Below, one piece after another: positions 28,522 to 40,236 of a stretch of DNA of 64,000 nt. Location: the NCBI GenBank assembly GCA_016235025.1, contig JACRMV010000006.1, forward strand, positions 172,951 to 236,950, in the 5' to 3' direction. This stretch comes from Rhodocyclales bacterium (GTDB lineage Bacteria; Pseudomonadota; Gammaproteobacteria; Burkholderiales; Rhodocyclaceae). Below the pieces are notes generated by a model. The model was given only the letters and a program-made list of their open reading frames with translations, was not told the DNA's origin and did no database searches. Within the stretch, counting starts at the first letter, position 1, and each line of letters opens with the position of its first letter. The translations under genes and the position numbers were made by a program.

Positions 28522-29088
28522 TCAAATCTTCGGCAAGGTCACGCCGACCTGCCCCTGGTACTTGCCACCACGATCCTTGTACGAGGTTTCGCAAACTTCG
28601 TCGGATTCGAAAAACAGCACCTGGGCGCAACCTTCACCGGCGTAAATCTTGGCCGGCAACGGCGTGGTATTGGAGAACTCCAGCGTCACATACCCCTCCC
28701 ATTCCGGCTCGAACGGCGTGACGTTCACGATGATGCCGCAACGCGCGTAGGTGCTCTTGCCGAGGCAGACGGTGAGCACGTTGCGCGGAATGCGGAAGTA
28801 TTCCATGGTCCGCGCCAGGGCGAACGAATTGGGCGGGATGATGCAGAAATCGCCATCCATCTCGACGAAGGAATTCGGATCGAAATTCTTCGGATCGACG
28901 ATGGTCGAGTAGATATTGGTGAACACCCGGAATTCACGCGAGCAGCGAATGTCGTAGCCGTAACTCGAGGTACCGTAGGAGACGATCTTCTGCCCCTCGA
29001 CCTCCCGCACCAGGCCGGGCTCGAAGGGCTCGATCATGCCGTGCTGCTCGGCCATGCGGCGGATCCATTTGTCAGGTTTGATGCTCAT
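28522..29088 (-). CDS. dcd: dCTP deaminase
   Basis: [37 protein letters not shown]. Confidence 0.97.
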   Translation of the reverse strand: MSIKPDKWIRRMAEQHGMIEPFEPGLVREVEGQKIVSYGTSSYGYDIRCSREFRVFTNIYSTIVDPKNFDPNSFVEMDGDFCIIPPNSFALARTMEYFRIPRNVLTVCLGKSTYARCGIIVNVTPFEPEWEGYVTLEFSNTTPLPAKIYAGEGCAQVLFFESDEVCETSYKDRGGKYQGQVGVTLPKI

Positions 29089-29144
29089 GATTCATCCGGA
29101 AAGGTGGATATTAGAGGCGCGCAGTATACGGTTTTCTGCGCTGT

Positions 29145-29813
29145 TCAACCTAAGCACGCAGCCAGTTCGGCAATACCGGTTTGCGGCGCAGTACGCGTAA
29201 TCGCCACCAGCGGTACACCGCCGGCATGACAGCGCAGGCTAGCCAGCGTATCGACCAGCGCCACCGAGGATCCCGGCGATTCATTGACCACGATCGCCGT
29301 CACGCCAGCGCCGGCTTTTTGCAGGGCCTCCAGCGCCGTCAGCGTGTGGCTGAGGCTGCCGAGATAGCTGCCGGCAACCAGCACGCAGGGTAATTGACTG
29401 GCAGCAATCCAGTCGCGCACCGTATACGTTTCGTCGAGCGGCGCCATGACGCCGCCAACGCCCTCGATCAGCGTGGGCAAAAACTCGGCGCTGGTGATAC
29501 GGCGTGTCAAGGCAACCAGATCCTCAAAATCCACCCGCCGCCCTTCGCGCGCCGCCGCCAAATCGGGCGACAGGGGCGCGGCAAAGCGCCAGGGCGCGAT
29601 TTCATCCAGCGCAGCGGGCGTTATCTCCCGCCCCAGCGCCTGCAAAATCTGTCCGGCATCGCTTGTCGCAGCCTGCTGCTCATCGAAGCCCGAGAGTAGC
29701 GGCTTATAGCCTGCGGGGCGCAATCCGGCTGCCTGCCAGTGGCGCAGCAGCGCGCAGGTGAGCCAGGTCTTGCCGATATCAGTGCCGGTGCCGGTAATGA
29801 AATGTGTGCCCAT
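29145..29813 (-). CDS. bioD: Dethiobiotin synthase
   Basis: FITGTGTDIGKT, YKP..SG, IEGVGGVM, GSLSHTL. Confidence 0.92.
   Translation of the reverse strand: MGTHFITGTGTDIGKTWLTCALLRHWQAAGLRPAGYKPLLSGFDEQQAATSDAGQILQALGREITPAALDEIAPWRFAAPLSPDLAAAREGRRVDFEDLVALTRRITSAEFLPTLIEGVGGVMAPLDETYTVRDWIAASQLPCVLVAGSYLGSLSHTLTALEALQKAGAGVTAIVVNESPGSSVALVDTLASLRCHAGGVPLVAITRTAPQTGIAELAACLG
29296..29320 (-). repeat. Dispersed 25-bp motif, copy 6 (inside bioD)
   Basis: AAAAGCCGGCG-CTGGCGTG-ACGGCG, one core mismatch. Confidence 0.55.
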
Positions 29814-29831
29814 GCTGGAATCCGGGCCGCC

Positions 29832-32561
29832 TTAACGCAACGCGCTGGCGACCACTTCGGCGACATCCTTCGCCAGCCCCGCACACGCGGCAATCCGCTC
29901 CAGTTCGAGGCGGGCATGGCCCTGGCGTACGGCATCGAACTGGCGCCAGCGGTCGAAGCTGCGGGCGATGCGGGCAGCCACCTGGGGGTTCAGCGCCTGC
30001 AACGCAATGATGACGTCGGCGGCAAGCCGGTAGCCGCTGCCATCCGCCGCATGAAAATGCCTCGGGTTGGCGGCACAGAAACTGCGCACCAGGGCATAGA
30101 CCTTGTTCGGGTTCTTCAGGTCGAAGGCCGGATGGCGCATCAATTCGCCGACCCGCGCCGTGGTACCGGGCAGGCGCGAGGTGGCCTGCACCTGCAGCCA
30201 CTTGTCCACCACCAGCGCCTCGTCTTTCCATCGGGCATAGAAGTCGGCAAGCGCCGTTACCCGCTCGGAGCAGTCGAGATTGGCCAGGACGCCGAGTGCG
30301 GCGCTGGCATCGGTCATGTTGCCGGCGTCATGCAACTGGGACAGCAGACGCGGCAGCACCGAGGCCGCCAGATAATCCGCATCGCTCTCCGCAAGGTAGC
30401 CAAGACACAGGTTGCGCAAGGCGCGGCGGCCGACCTGGACACCCTCCGGCGCATAGGGTTCGACGGGCGCCAGCGCCTTCCATACGGCCTCGAACCGTTC
30501 GCGCAAGGCGGTGGCCAGATAACGGCGCAGGGCAATGCGGGCGCGATGAATCGCCTCGGGATCGATGACTTCGCCACACCCGGCCATCTCCTCGGCCAGC
30601 ACCTGCTCCGCCGGCAGCGTCAGCGCCTCGGCCGCCAGCGCGGCACTGTCGCCCGCACCCAGGCCGGCGCCGAGGACGCGGCCGCAGGCGGCAACGAACG
30701 AAGCCGGAACCTGACCGGAGGGAATGCAAAGCTGACCGGAGGGAATGCAAGGCCAGTGCACGCCCGCAACCTCCGCCGCAATGCCTGCCCGCAACACGCG
30801 TGTCGCCAGACGCTGGCTCGCCTCCCAGCGATTGAAGGCATCGGAATCGTGCGCCAGAAGGTGTTCCAGCTCGGCATCGCTCTGCTCGCAATCAAGCTGC
30901 ACCGGCGCAGAGAAATTGCGCAGCAGCGAGACGACCGGCGCTGCCGGAATGTCGTCGAAGACGAAGCTCTGCGTGGTTCCGGTGAGCGAGAGCACCCTGT
31001 TCCCGTCAGGAAAACCCGCCGCCAGCGCATCGCGTCCGTCCGGCAGCAGCAAGCCGACAGCGACCGGAATATGCAGCGGGCCATCATCCACCGGCAGGCC
31101 CGCCTCCCGCAGCCGGGCTTCATATGCGGTGGGCGCCAGCGTCTGCGTCAGGGTCAGCGTGTAGCGCCTGGCGGCGGCGTCATAGTTTCCCTCGGCCTTC
31201 AGGCGCGGCGTGCCGGCGCGGGCGTACCAGCGGCGGAACTGCGTCAAATCCACCCCGCTGGCCGCCTCCATCGCTGCGACAAATTCCTCGCAGGTCACAG
31301 CCTGGCCGTCGTGCCGCGCGAAATACATGTCCATGCCCCGGCGAAAAGCCGCTCGCCCGATCAGCGTCTCGATCATGCGCACCACTTCGGCGCCCTTCTG
31401 ATACACGGTGGCGGTGTAGAAATTGTTGATCTCGGCATAGGATGCCGGTCGCACCGGATGCGCCATCGGCCCGGCATCCTCGGGAAACTGGGCGATGCGC
31501 AGGCTGCGCACGTCCTGGATGCGGGTTACTGCGCGCGAATGCACGTCGGCGCCGAACTCCTGGTCGCGGAATACGGTCAGCCCTTCCTTCAGCGACAACT
31601 GGAACCAGTCGCGGCAGGTGACACGGTTGCCGCTCCAGTTGTGGAAGTATTCGTGGCCGACGACGCGGTCGATGGCCTGGTAGTCGGCATCGGTCGCGGT
31701 ATCCGGGCGCGCCAGCACGTATTTGGTGTTGAAAATGTTGAGGCCCTTGTTCTCCATCGCTCCCATGTTGAAATCGCCCACCGCGACGATCATGTAGTGG
31801 TCGAGATCCATCTCCAGGCCGAAGCGTTCCTCGTCCCAGCGCATCGCCTTTTTCAGCGCCGCCAGCGCGTGACCGCACTGGTCGAGCCTGCCCGGCTCGA
31901 CATACACCGCGCAGCGCACCCTGCGGCCGGACGCGGTAACGTGGCTGTCTTCGAGCACGTCGAGTTGCGCCGCCACCAGCGCGAACAGGTAACAGGGCTT
32001 GGCGAAGGGGTCTTCCCAGCGCGCCCAGTGTCGCCCGCCATCCGTTTCACCCCTCGCCACGAGATTGCCGTTGGAAAGCAGGTGCGGAAAACGCTCGCGG
32101 TCGGCCTCGATGGTGCAGGTGTAGCGCGCCATCACATCGGGCCGGTCGGGAAAAAAGCTGATACGGCGGAAACCCTCGGCCTCGCATTGTGTGAAATAAC
32201 CGTCGCGCGAACGGTACAGGCCGGAGAGCTGGGTGTTTTGATCCGGCGCGATGCGCACCACGGTTTCGAGCACGAAAGCATCGGGCAAGGGCGCATGCAC
32301 AGTCAGCGTGTCGTCCGTCAGCGTGTAGCCCGAGGCATCCAGCACCGTATCATCAACGCCGAGTTTTTGCAGATCAAGCGCCACGCCGTCGAGCACCAGC
32401 GCCGCACCCGGCACGCCCTGTAAATTTTTCCGACAATCGAGCCGGGCGCGCACTTCGGCGTAGCCCTGATGAATCGCCACATGAAGATCAACCCTGTCAA
32501 CCCACCAGGCAGGCGGCGCATAGTCCTTGAGATAAATAGCGTGCGGAGTTTCGGTACGCAT
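29832..32561 (-). CDS. pepN: Aminopeptidase N (M1)
   Basis: TQCEAEGFRR, GAMENK, GHEYFHNWSGNRVT..LKEG, TVYQKGAE. Confidence 0.97.
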   Translation of the reverse strand: MRTETPHAIYLKDYAPPAWWVDRVDLHVAIHQGYAEVRARLDCRKNLQGVPGAALVLDGVALDLQKLGVDDTVLDASGYTLTDDTLTVHAPLPDAFVLETVVRIAPDQNTQLSGLYRSRDGYFTQCEAEGFRRISFFPDRPDVMARYTCTIEADRERFPHLLSNGNLVARGETDGGRHWARWEDPFAKPCYLFALVAAQLDVLEDSHVTASGRRVRCAVYVEPGRLDQCGHALAALKKAMRWDEERFGLEMDLDHYMIVAVGDFNMGAMENKGLNIFNTKYVLARPDTATDADYQAIDRVVGHEYFHNWSGNRVTCRDWFQLSLKEGLTVFRDQEFGADVHSRAVTRIQDVRSLRIAQFPEDAGPMAHPVRPASYAEINNFYTATVYQKGAEVVRMIETLIGRAAFRRGMDMYFARHDGQAVTCEEFVAAMEAASGVDLTQFRRWYARAGTPRLKAEGNYDAAARRYTLTLTQTLAPTAYEARLREAGLPVDDGPLHIPVAVGLLLPDGRDALAAGFPDGNRVLSLTGTTQSFVFDDIPAAPVVSLLRNFSAPVQLDCEQSDAELEHLLAHDSDAFNRWEASQRLATRVLRAGIAAEVAGVHWPCIPSGQLCIPSGQVPASFVAACGRVLGAGLGAGDSAALAAEALTLPAEQVLAEEMAGCGEVIDPEAIHRARIALRRYLATALRERFEAVWKALAPVEPYAPEGVQVGRRALRNLCLGYLAESDADYLAASVLPRLLSQLHDAGNMTDASAALGVLANLDCSERVTALADFYARWKDEALVVDKWLQVQATSRLPGTTARVGELMRHPAFDLKNPNKVYALVRSFCAANPRHFHAADGSGYRLAADVIIALQALNPQVAARIARSFDRWRQFDAVRQGHARLELERIAACAGLAKDVAEVVASALR
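30711..30750. repeat. In-frame 21-bp tandem duplication inside pepN
   Basis: CTGACCGGAGGGAATGCAA at 30711-30729 and 30732-30750; protein CIPSGQL-CIPSGQV. Confidence 0.9.
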
Positions 32562-32787
32562 GGAGGGTTCCTGGAAAATACTGGGTAACAATGGACACCC
32601 TGTCATGACTCAAGACAAGGCGGGACGGCAGGACAGAGCCGGAATCCTAGCAGACGCGACGGCTCTGCGTCATTCCCATAGCAGGGCGATTACATTTGAA
32701 AGCCCACACCTTATTTCACAGTGTCACTGGATGCCGCCCGGTGAAAGCCGGGGCGGCGCGACGGGCTTGATCAGTAGGTCGTTAACT

Positions 32788-32813
32788 GAAAACCCCGCTG
32801 CGGCGGGGTTTTC
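32788..32813. terminator. Rho-independent terminator after PEP-CTERM gene A
   Basis: GAAAACCCCGC-TGCG-GCGGGGTTTTC, perfect 11-bp stem. Confidence 0.85.
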
Positions 32814-32849
32814 AAAAACCGACTATCGAAGAACCAGCGAAAGACCCAC

Positions 32850-33848
32850 TCAGGCTCTGCGTCTCCTGGTGGCAGCCAGGCCCAGCAGCGCCACACCCAA
32901 CAGCGCCATCGAAGCGGGCTCTGGAACATTTCTGCCAAAGTCACACTCACTGCAAATCCACAACTGCTCGGCGCCCGCGTTGTTGCCAAAATACTTCATG
33001 TTGATCGACAGCAGATACCCCTGATCTGCCCAGGCTTGCAGATGATCGTTGAGGTAGGAACTGAAGACAGCGTATTCGGCATTGCTGGTGGAGAGATTGT
33101 CATTGACGAAATAATCTCCCGCAAGGCAGTCGCCTTGATTACCCGCCGTACCCACGGCGTATGCCGCCCCAGTGGCGGTACTTACGCAATAATTGCCGAT
33201 GGCCGGCACATAGTCGGTTAATAGAGGCGTGGTGCTGCCGCACCCGGAACCGAGGCTGAATTCGACGCAATCCTGAACCACGCCACTCGTATTGATGATC
33301 GAGACCTGCCCCCAGATGGAAAGTGACTGATTGAGGCCGCCGCCTTGCTGATTGTTGTCGAACAGGAATACCAGATCATGTCCATTGAGATACGTCAGCA
33401 GTGCGGCTATGCTCACTTCCCAGGAGCCGGTCTTGTCTCCAGCGAATGTCCCTCCCGGCTCGGGCGCAGCCGACGTCGCGAATGAGGTTATGGAGCCATC
33501 CGGCGTAATGAACGGATTATCCACAGCCGTTCCGGTGGGAAACGGGCCAGACGGGTTGCCTATGTTATCCATCGGGTTACCGTTATTACCAGTCAGAATT
33601 ACAGCCTGGTCATTGATCTGGCCGGGGGAGGATTGCACAGGGTAAGGACCGCTCGGGATACAACGCGGATCCAGTGCACTAGAGCACTTGTCATTCAAGT
33701 CAAGCGACTGAATCTGAAACCCGTTGTAGGTAGTGGTCGTGAAACTGTTGATGGGCGCCAACTGCAGTACCGTTGCCTGAACACCGGCAGAAAACGCGCA
33801 CGCCATGAGAGGGACGCCGATCAACTTGAAGTAACTAAACGATTTCAT
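32850..33848 (-). CDS. PEP-CTERM sorting-domain surface protein A (Cys-containing, unknown domain)
   Basis: Signal peptide MKSFSYFKLIG..AGVQA; C-terminal VPEPASMALLGVALLGLAATRRRRA. Confidence 0.92.
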   Translation of the reverse strand: MKSFSYFKLIGVPLMACAFSAGVQATVLQLAPINSFTTTTYNGFQIQSLDLNDKCSSALDPRCIPSGPYPVQSSPGQINDQAVILTGNNGNPMDNIGNPSGPFPTGTAVDNPFITPDGSITSFATSAAPEPGGTFAGDKTGSWEVSIAALLTYLNGHDLVFLFDNNQQGGGLNQSLSIWGQVSIINTSGVVQDCVEFSLGSGCGSTTPLLTDYVPAIGNYCVSTATGAAYAVGTAGNQGDCLAGDYFVNDNLSTSNAEYAVFSSYLNDHLQAWADQGYLLSINMKYFGNNAGAEQLWICSECDFGRNVPEPASMALLGVALLGLAATRRRRA

Positions 33849-33907
33849 GACGATCTCCCTTTCACAGCGAATCAAATAAAGCACCAGAACCACTCGACAG
33901 ATAGAAA

Positions 33908-34004
33908 AGCATAATTCATTCCAGAACAACCAACCCCATGTTAATGAACGGATATCATTTTTCAGGGCAATACCTGCCAGGCGACTCTGTAAAAAAATTC
34001 GACA
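33908..34004 (-). promoter_or_regulatory. sigma54 promoter plus enhancer site for PEP-CTERM gene A
   Basis: TGGAATGAATTATGCT (GG-N10-GC, 33908-33923); TGTCGA-ATTTT-TTTACA (33988-34004) 65 nt upstream. Confidence 0.7.
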
Positions 34005-34016
34005 GCCATGTCTGCT

Positions 34017-34558
34017 CAGGGCAATCGCATTTACCCGAGCGGAGCCAATCCAGGCAATGAAGCCCGATAGTCAGGGATTCTGTCAGCAGTTTTGCGGCGA
34101 CTTCGCAGGCTGCGCTTTGGATATTGCTGATCCTGCCGTAGCAAGGTCAAGGCGAACTTGCGCAAGGCCGACAGGTTCTGGGGCGCATGACCTTGGCGAA
34201 CTCGGCAGTCGTCTTCACGGAACGTGACATCGAGCACCCAATGCAACTTGTTCTCGATTTCCCAATGACTGCGCGCCGCGTTGGCAAAGGTCTCGGCATT
34301 GGCGATCCCCTTCGAACCTATGTAGAACGCACGCTCGGAGGATGTCTTGCCCTTGATCTCACGCAGATCGTGCCGTTGCGCCGGCCCCGTGCGCGGGTCT
34401 TGCAGCCCCGCAAATGCTTCCGTCAGCGTCATTTCCAGCCTCGACAAAAGTCGAGAGTAGACGTGATTTCAGCTGGGTTTACAAGTCATCGTCATAACTC
34501 GTTGTCTGTGAACACATTTCTCTCAGGGTTTACGACATCTGCGTATGCGATAGCCCTG
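34017..34558 (-). mobile_element. Internally deleted ISAs1-family element (542 bp, non-autonomous)
   Basis: TIRs CAGGGCAATCGCAT (34017-34030) and reverse complement CAGGGCTATCGCAT (34545-34558); ORF 34031-34447 joins N-terminal DPR..RHDL to C-terminal RSHWEIENKLHWVLDVTFREDDCR; no target duplication seen. Confidence 0.88.
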
Positions 34559-34688
34559 ATTCTTAGTCTAAGGGCTGACGCCAATCATCTATGAGCAGCG
34601 AGGTCCGCGACGTCTGCGTGGCGAGTCAGGTTGAATAATGGCAGGGTCCCCCGCGTCTCGTCGCCATACCGATTCTTGCAGGAAATCA

Positions 34689-34784
34689 TGTCGAAAAATC
34701 TTACATGACTCATGTTAATCCCGTCCTCGCCGCCAACATCATGCTGAATCCATTGAGATTTGCATATTAGGCATGTTACATGCT
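34689..34784 (+). promoter_or_regulatory. Enhancer site plus sigma54 promoter for PEP-CTERM gene B
   Basis: TGTCGA-AAAAT-CTTACA (34689-34705); AGGCATGTTACATGCT (GG-N10-GC, GG at 34770-34771) 64 nt downstream. Confidence 0.7.
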
Positions 34785-34921
34785 CAGTATTTGCCTACTA
34801 CTGAATGTTCATGAGCCCACGAATGATTTTGTGGTAGTTCTGTGATCATCTTATCGATGGTTTGGATCCAAAGTCGGGTTTTACACTTGATTGATGAGAA
34901 GTTTTCTAAGGAGACATACAA

Positions 34922-35716
34922 ATGCCTAATCTCACACACTTCCGCCGGAGCCTGCTACTGCTGGCGGTGTTGCTGGTTGCAAAAAACGCAGCCGCATCAA
35001 CTATATTTCTTGGCTTCGATACCCAGGGTCCTGTGCAGACGTACACGACTGGGGGAAGCTTTATCGCCAACTTTGGCCAGAGTGGGGCCACTGGTAGCGC
35101 ATTGGATGGCGCGGGGCATGTTTGGACGGTCGCACCAAATTTCGGGAATAACGTGATCAAGCAGTATGACGCCGCGCAGACTGAGCTGAACAGCTTCGTT
35201 GCGACAGTTGGGGGCAACTGGATTGAGGACATGGCCTGGGGAGGCAGCAATTCGATCTGGGCCGGGACATTTGAGGGAAATGTCTTCAACATCAATGCAA
35301 CAACCGGCGCCATAAACAGTTCTTTCGCCGTGGCAAACTCGACTTTTACAGGCGTAGCATTTGATGGGACGAATCTCTGGCTCAGTGGCGGGTTCGCGTC
35401 AAACAACCTTTTTAAGTATGACACCAGCGGGAATTTGCTAGATACCATCGCGCTAAGTGGCTTTGGTATCGGTGGTCTTGGCTATGATCTGTCAGACAAT
35501 ACACTTTGGGGTGGTTCTACGGCTTCCTTCGGCACTGTCTATCATTTGGCTTTGGATGGCACTGTGCTGGGCAGTTTTGTCGCCGGCAGTGCCTTCCATG
35601 ATGGTCTGGAAATTGGTGACATCAACGGGAACGGTAATACTGTGCCGGAACCATCAACCATACTGCTCCTTGGTGCCGGACTTGCTGCGCTTGCGCGCAG
35701 ACAGCGCTGCAACTGA
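34922..35716 (+). CDS. PEP-CTERM sorting-domain surface protein B, probable beta-propeller
   Basis: Signal peptide; about 42-aa repeats (GSALDGAGHVW, DMAWGGSNSIW, GVAFDGTNLW, GLGYDLSDNTLW); VPEPSTILLLGAGLAALARRQR. Confidence 0.92.
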   Translation: MPNLTHFRRSLLLLAVLLVAKNAAASTIFLGFDTQGPVQTYTTGGSFIANFGQSGATGSALDGAGHVWTVAPNFGNNVIKQYDAAQTELNSFVATVGGNWIEDMAWGGSNSIWAGTFEGNVFNINATTGAINSSFAVANSTFTGVAFDGTNLWLSGGFASNNLFKYDTSGNLLDTIALSGFGIGGLGYDLSDNTLWGGSTASFGTVYHLALDGTVLGSFVAGSAFHDGLEIGDINGNGNTVPEPSTILLLGAGLAALARRQRCN

Positions 35717-35742
35717 GTCGATACCATTACTAGGAGAGCAGG

Positions 35743-35768
35743 ACGCCAAGCGTCGCGACGCTTGGCGT
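35743..35768. terminator. Perfect 26-bp palindrome after PEP-CTERM gene B, probable terminator
   Basis: ACGCCAAGCGTCGCGACGCTTGGCGT equals its reverse complement; followed by TCTCGTTTT. Confidence 0.55.
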
Positions 35769-36023
35769 TCTCGTTTTGAAATGCACAATGGGCGAGGTGG
35801 CGCTGCTTAAATGCCATTTTCCTTAGCCATCAAACTTTTCGGGAATTTCAGCTCGAGACTGCTGATCTGCACTCTGAAGCCTAGGCACCGCCCTTGGCTC
35901 TGATCTGACAAGAACTCACGCCGTTCACATGCGGCGTTGGGTCCTGAGATCAATGGGTGACTGCAGTTCGAGAGCGCCTACCTGTCGGCTACGTCGCAGG
36001 CATGAAGTCAGTGTTAGCAGGCC

Positions 36024-36182
36024 CTAGTAAATGCCGAGATAAACGAAACTCAGCACATAGCTGATGAAGATGGGGATCAACAGACGCAACGCGGAGATAT
36101 CTTCGCCATGGGGCATTTTCAGTTCCAGCACCATGATGGCGATGACGCCATCGCTGAATGCTTCGAGCCGCCCTTTGCTCAT
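36024..36182 (-). pseudogene. TMEM175/DUF1211 potassium-channel family remnant
   Basis: MSKGRLEAFSDGVIAI-MVLEL..SYVLSFVYLGIY*: RLEAFSD motif, the usual IITI absent, TAG where Trp is expected, no recognizable homology afterwards. Confidence 0.75.
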
Positions 36183-36226
36183 TCCCCCGCTGGTACACTT
36201 CAGAAAACGAACCTCGTTCATACCCG

Positions 36227-37495
36227 ATGCCCGTCTCCCCGCCACCCCTCGATAACCTCTGGCTGCCCTATACCCAGATGGCGACGGCGCCAGCGCCACT
36301 GACAGCGGTCGCCACCCACGGCGTACGCATCCGGCTGGCCGACGGACGCGAGTTGATCGACGGCATCGCCTCGTGGTGGACGGCCTGCCACGGCTACAAC
36401 CCTCCGCACATCCGCGCGGCGGTCAGCCGTCAGCTCGAAACCATGCCGCATGTGATGTTTGCAGGCTTGGTGCATGAGCCGGCGCTGCGCCTTGCAACAC
36501 GCCTGGCGGCGCTGTTGCCGGGCGATCTGGAGCGGGTGTTCTTCACCGAATCCGGTTCGGTGGCGGTCGAGGTGGCGCTCAAGATGGCGCGCCAGTACTG
36601 GATCAATCGCGGCCAGCCGCAACGCCGGCGCGTCGTGCATTTCCGCCACAGCTATCACGGCGACACCTTCGCCACGATGGCGCTGTGCGATCCGGAAGAC
36701 GGCATGCACGCCTTGTTTGCCGGTAGTCTCAACGCCGAGCCGATGGCCGAGTTGCCTGAAGACGAGGCGCGCCGCGCCGCCTTTGCCGACCTGCTCGACG
36801 ACTGCTGCCATGAAATCGCGGGAGTTATCGTCGAGCCGCTGGTGCAGGGCGCAGGCGGCATGAAAATGCACACGGCGGCGACGCTGGCGTTCATCGCCCG
36901 CGCCTGCGCCGAACGCGGCATCCTGCTGATCGCCGATGAAATCATGACCGGCTTTGGCCGCACCGGACGGATGTTCGCCTGCGAAGAAGCCGGCGTCCTG
37001 CCCGATATCGTCTGCCTGTCGAAAGCGCTCACCGGCGGCACGCTGGCGCTGGCGGCCACCGTGGCGCGACGACATGTGTTCGAGGTTTTCCTGGGCGAGG
37101 ATGCACGTCGCGCCCTGATGCATGGCCCGACCTACATGGCCAACCCGCTGGCCTGTACGGCGGCGAATGCTTCGCTTGATTTATTCGAGAGCGAACCGAG
37201 ACTGGCGCAAGTCGCGGCGATCGAAACACAACTGCATGAACAGCTTGCGCCCTGCCGCGCTCTGGCGGGCGTTGCGGAGGTAAGGGTGAAGGGCGCCATC
37301 GGCGCGGTGGAACTCGCCGGCGCCGTCGATCTCGACGCCCTGCGCCAGCGCTTCGTCGAACTCGGCGTCTGGGTGCGGCCGTTCGGCAAGGTGGTCTATC
37401 TGATGCCACCCTTCATCATCACGCCGGACGAACTGACAACGCTGACCACCGCCGTGGTGCGCGTGCTGGAAGAGCGGGCAGCGCGCCGCCTTTAG
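36227..37495 (+). CDS. bioA: Adenosylmethionine-8-amino-7-oxononanoate aminotransferase
   Basis: WLPYTQM, ASWW, SGSVAVEVALKMA, YHGDT, DEIMTGFGRTG, CLSKALTGG. Confidence 0.95.
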   Translation: MPVSPPPLDNLWLPYTQMATAPAPLTAVATHGVRIRLADGRELIDGIASWWTACHGYNPPHIRAAVSRQLETMPHVMFAGLVHEPALRLATRLAALLPGDLERVFFTESGSVAVEVALKMARQYWINRGQPQRRRVVHFRHSYHGDTFATMALCDPEDGMHALFAGSLNAEPMAELPEDEARRAAFADLLDDCCHEIAGVIVEPLVQGAGGMKMHTAATLAFIARACAERGILLIADEIMTGFGRTGRMFACEEAGVLPDIVCLSKALTGGTLALAATVARRHVFEVFLGEDARRALMHGPTYMANPLACTAANASLDLFESEPRLAQVAAIETQLHEQLAPCRALAGVAEVRVKGAIGAVELAGAVDLDALRQRFVELGVWVRPFGKVVYLMPPFIITPDELTTLTTAVVRVLEERAARRL

Positions 37496-37516
37496 CGAGC
37501 AGCGCCCCGTTCAGTT

Positions 37517-40141
<2,625 letters not shown>

Positions 40142-40191
40142 GGTGATGGAGGCAATGATGCAAAGTACTGATTTTACGCGAGCAGGAAAGA

Positions 40192-40219
40192 AAAAAGCCC
40201 GCCATCCGGCGGGCTTTTT
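40192..40219 (-). terminator. Rho-independent terminator
   Basis: AAAAAGCCCGCC-ATCC-GGCGGGCTTTTT, with T-run on the minus strand after gene 40237-40614. Confidence 0.85.
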
Positions 40220-40236
40220 CCAGGCGCGGCCACGGA

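Noticed and set aside
32705-32790. Minus-strand peptide VNDLLIKPV resembling a receiver-domain end
   Set aside because: Frame runs through a terminator hairpin, has no start, and similarity is too short.
36385-36410. BioA HGYNPPH instead of the usual HGYNHP
   Set aside because: Single substitution; cannot separate natural variation from sequence error, and catalytic motifs are intact.
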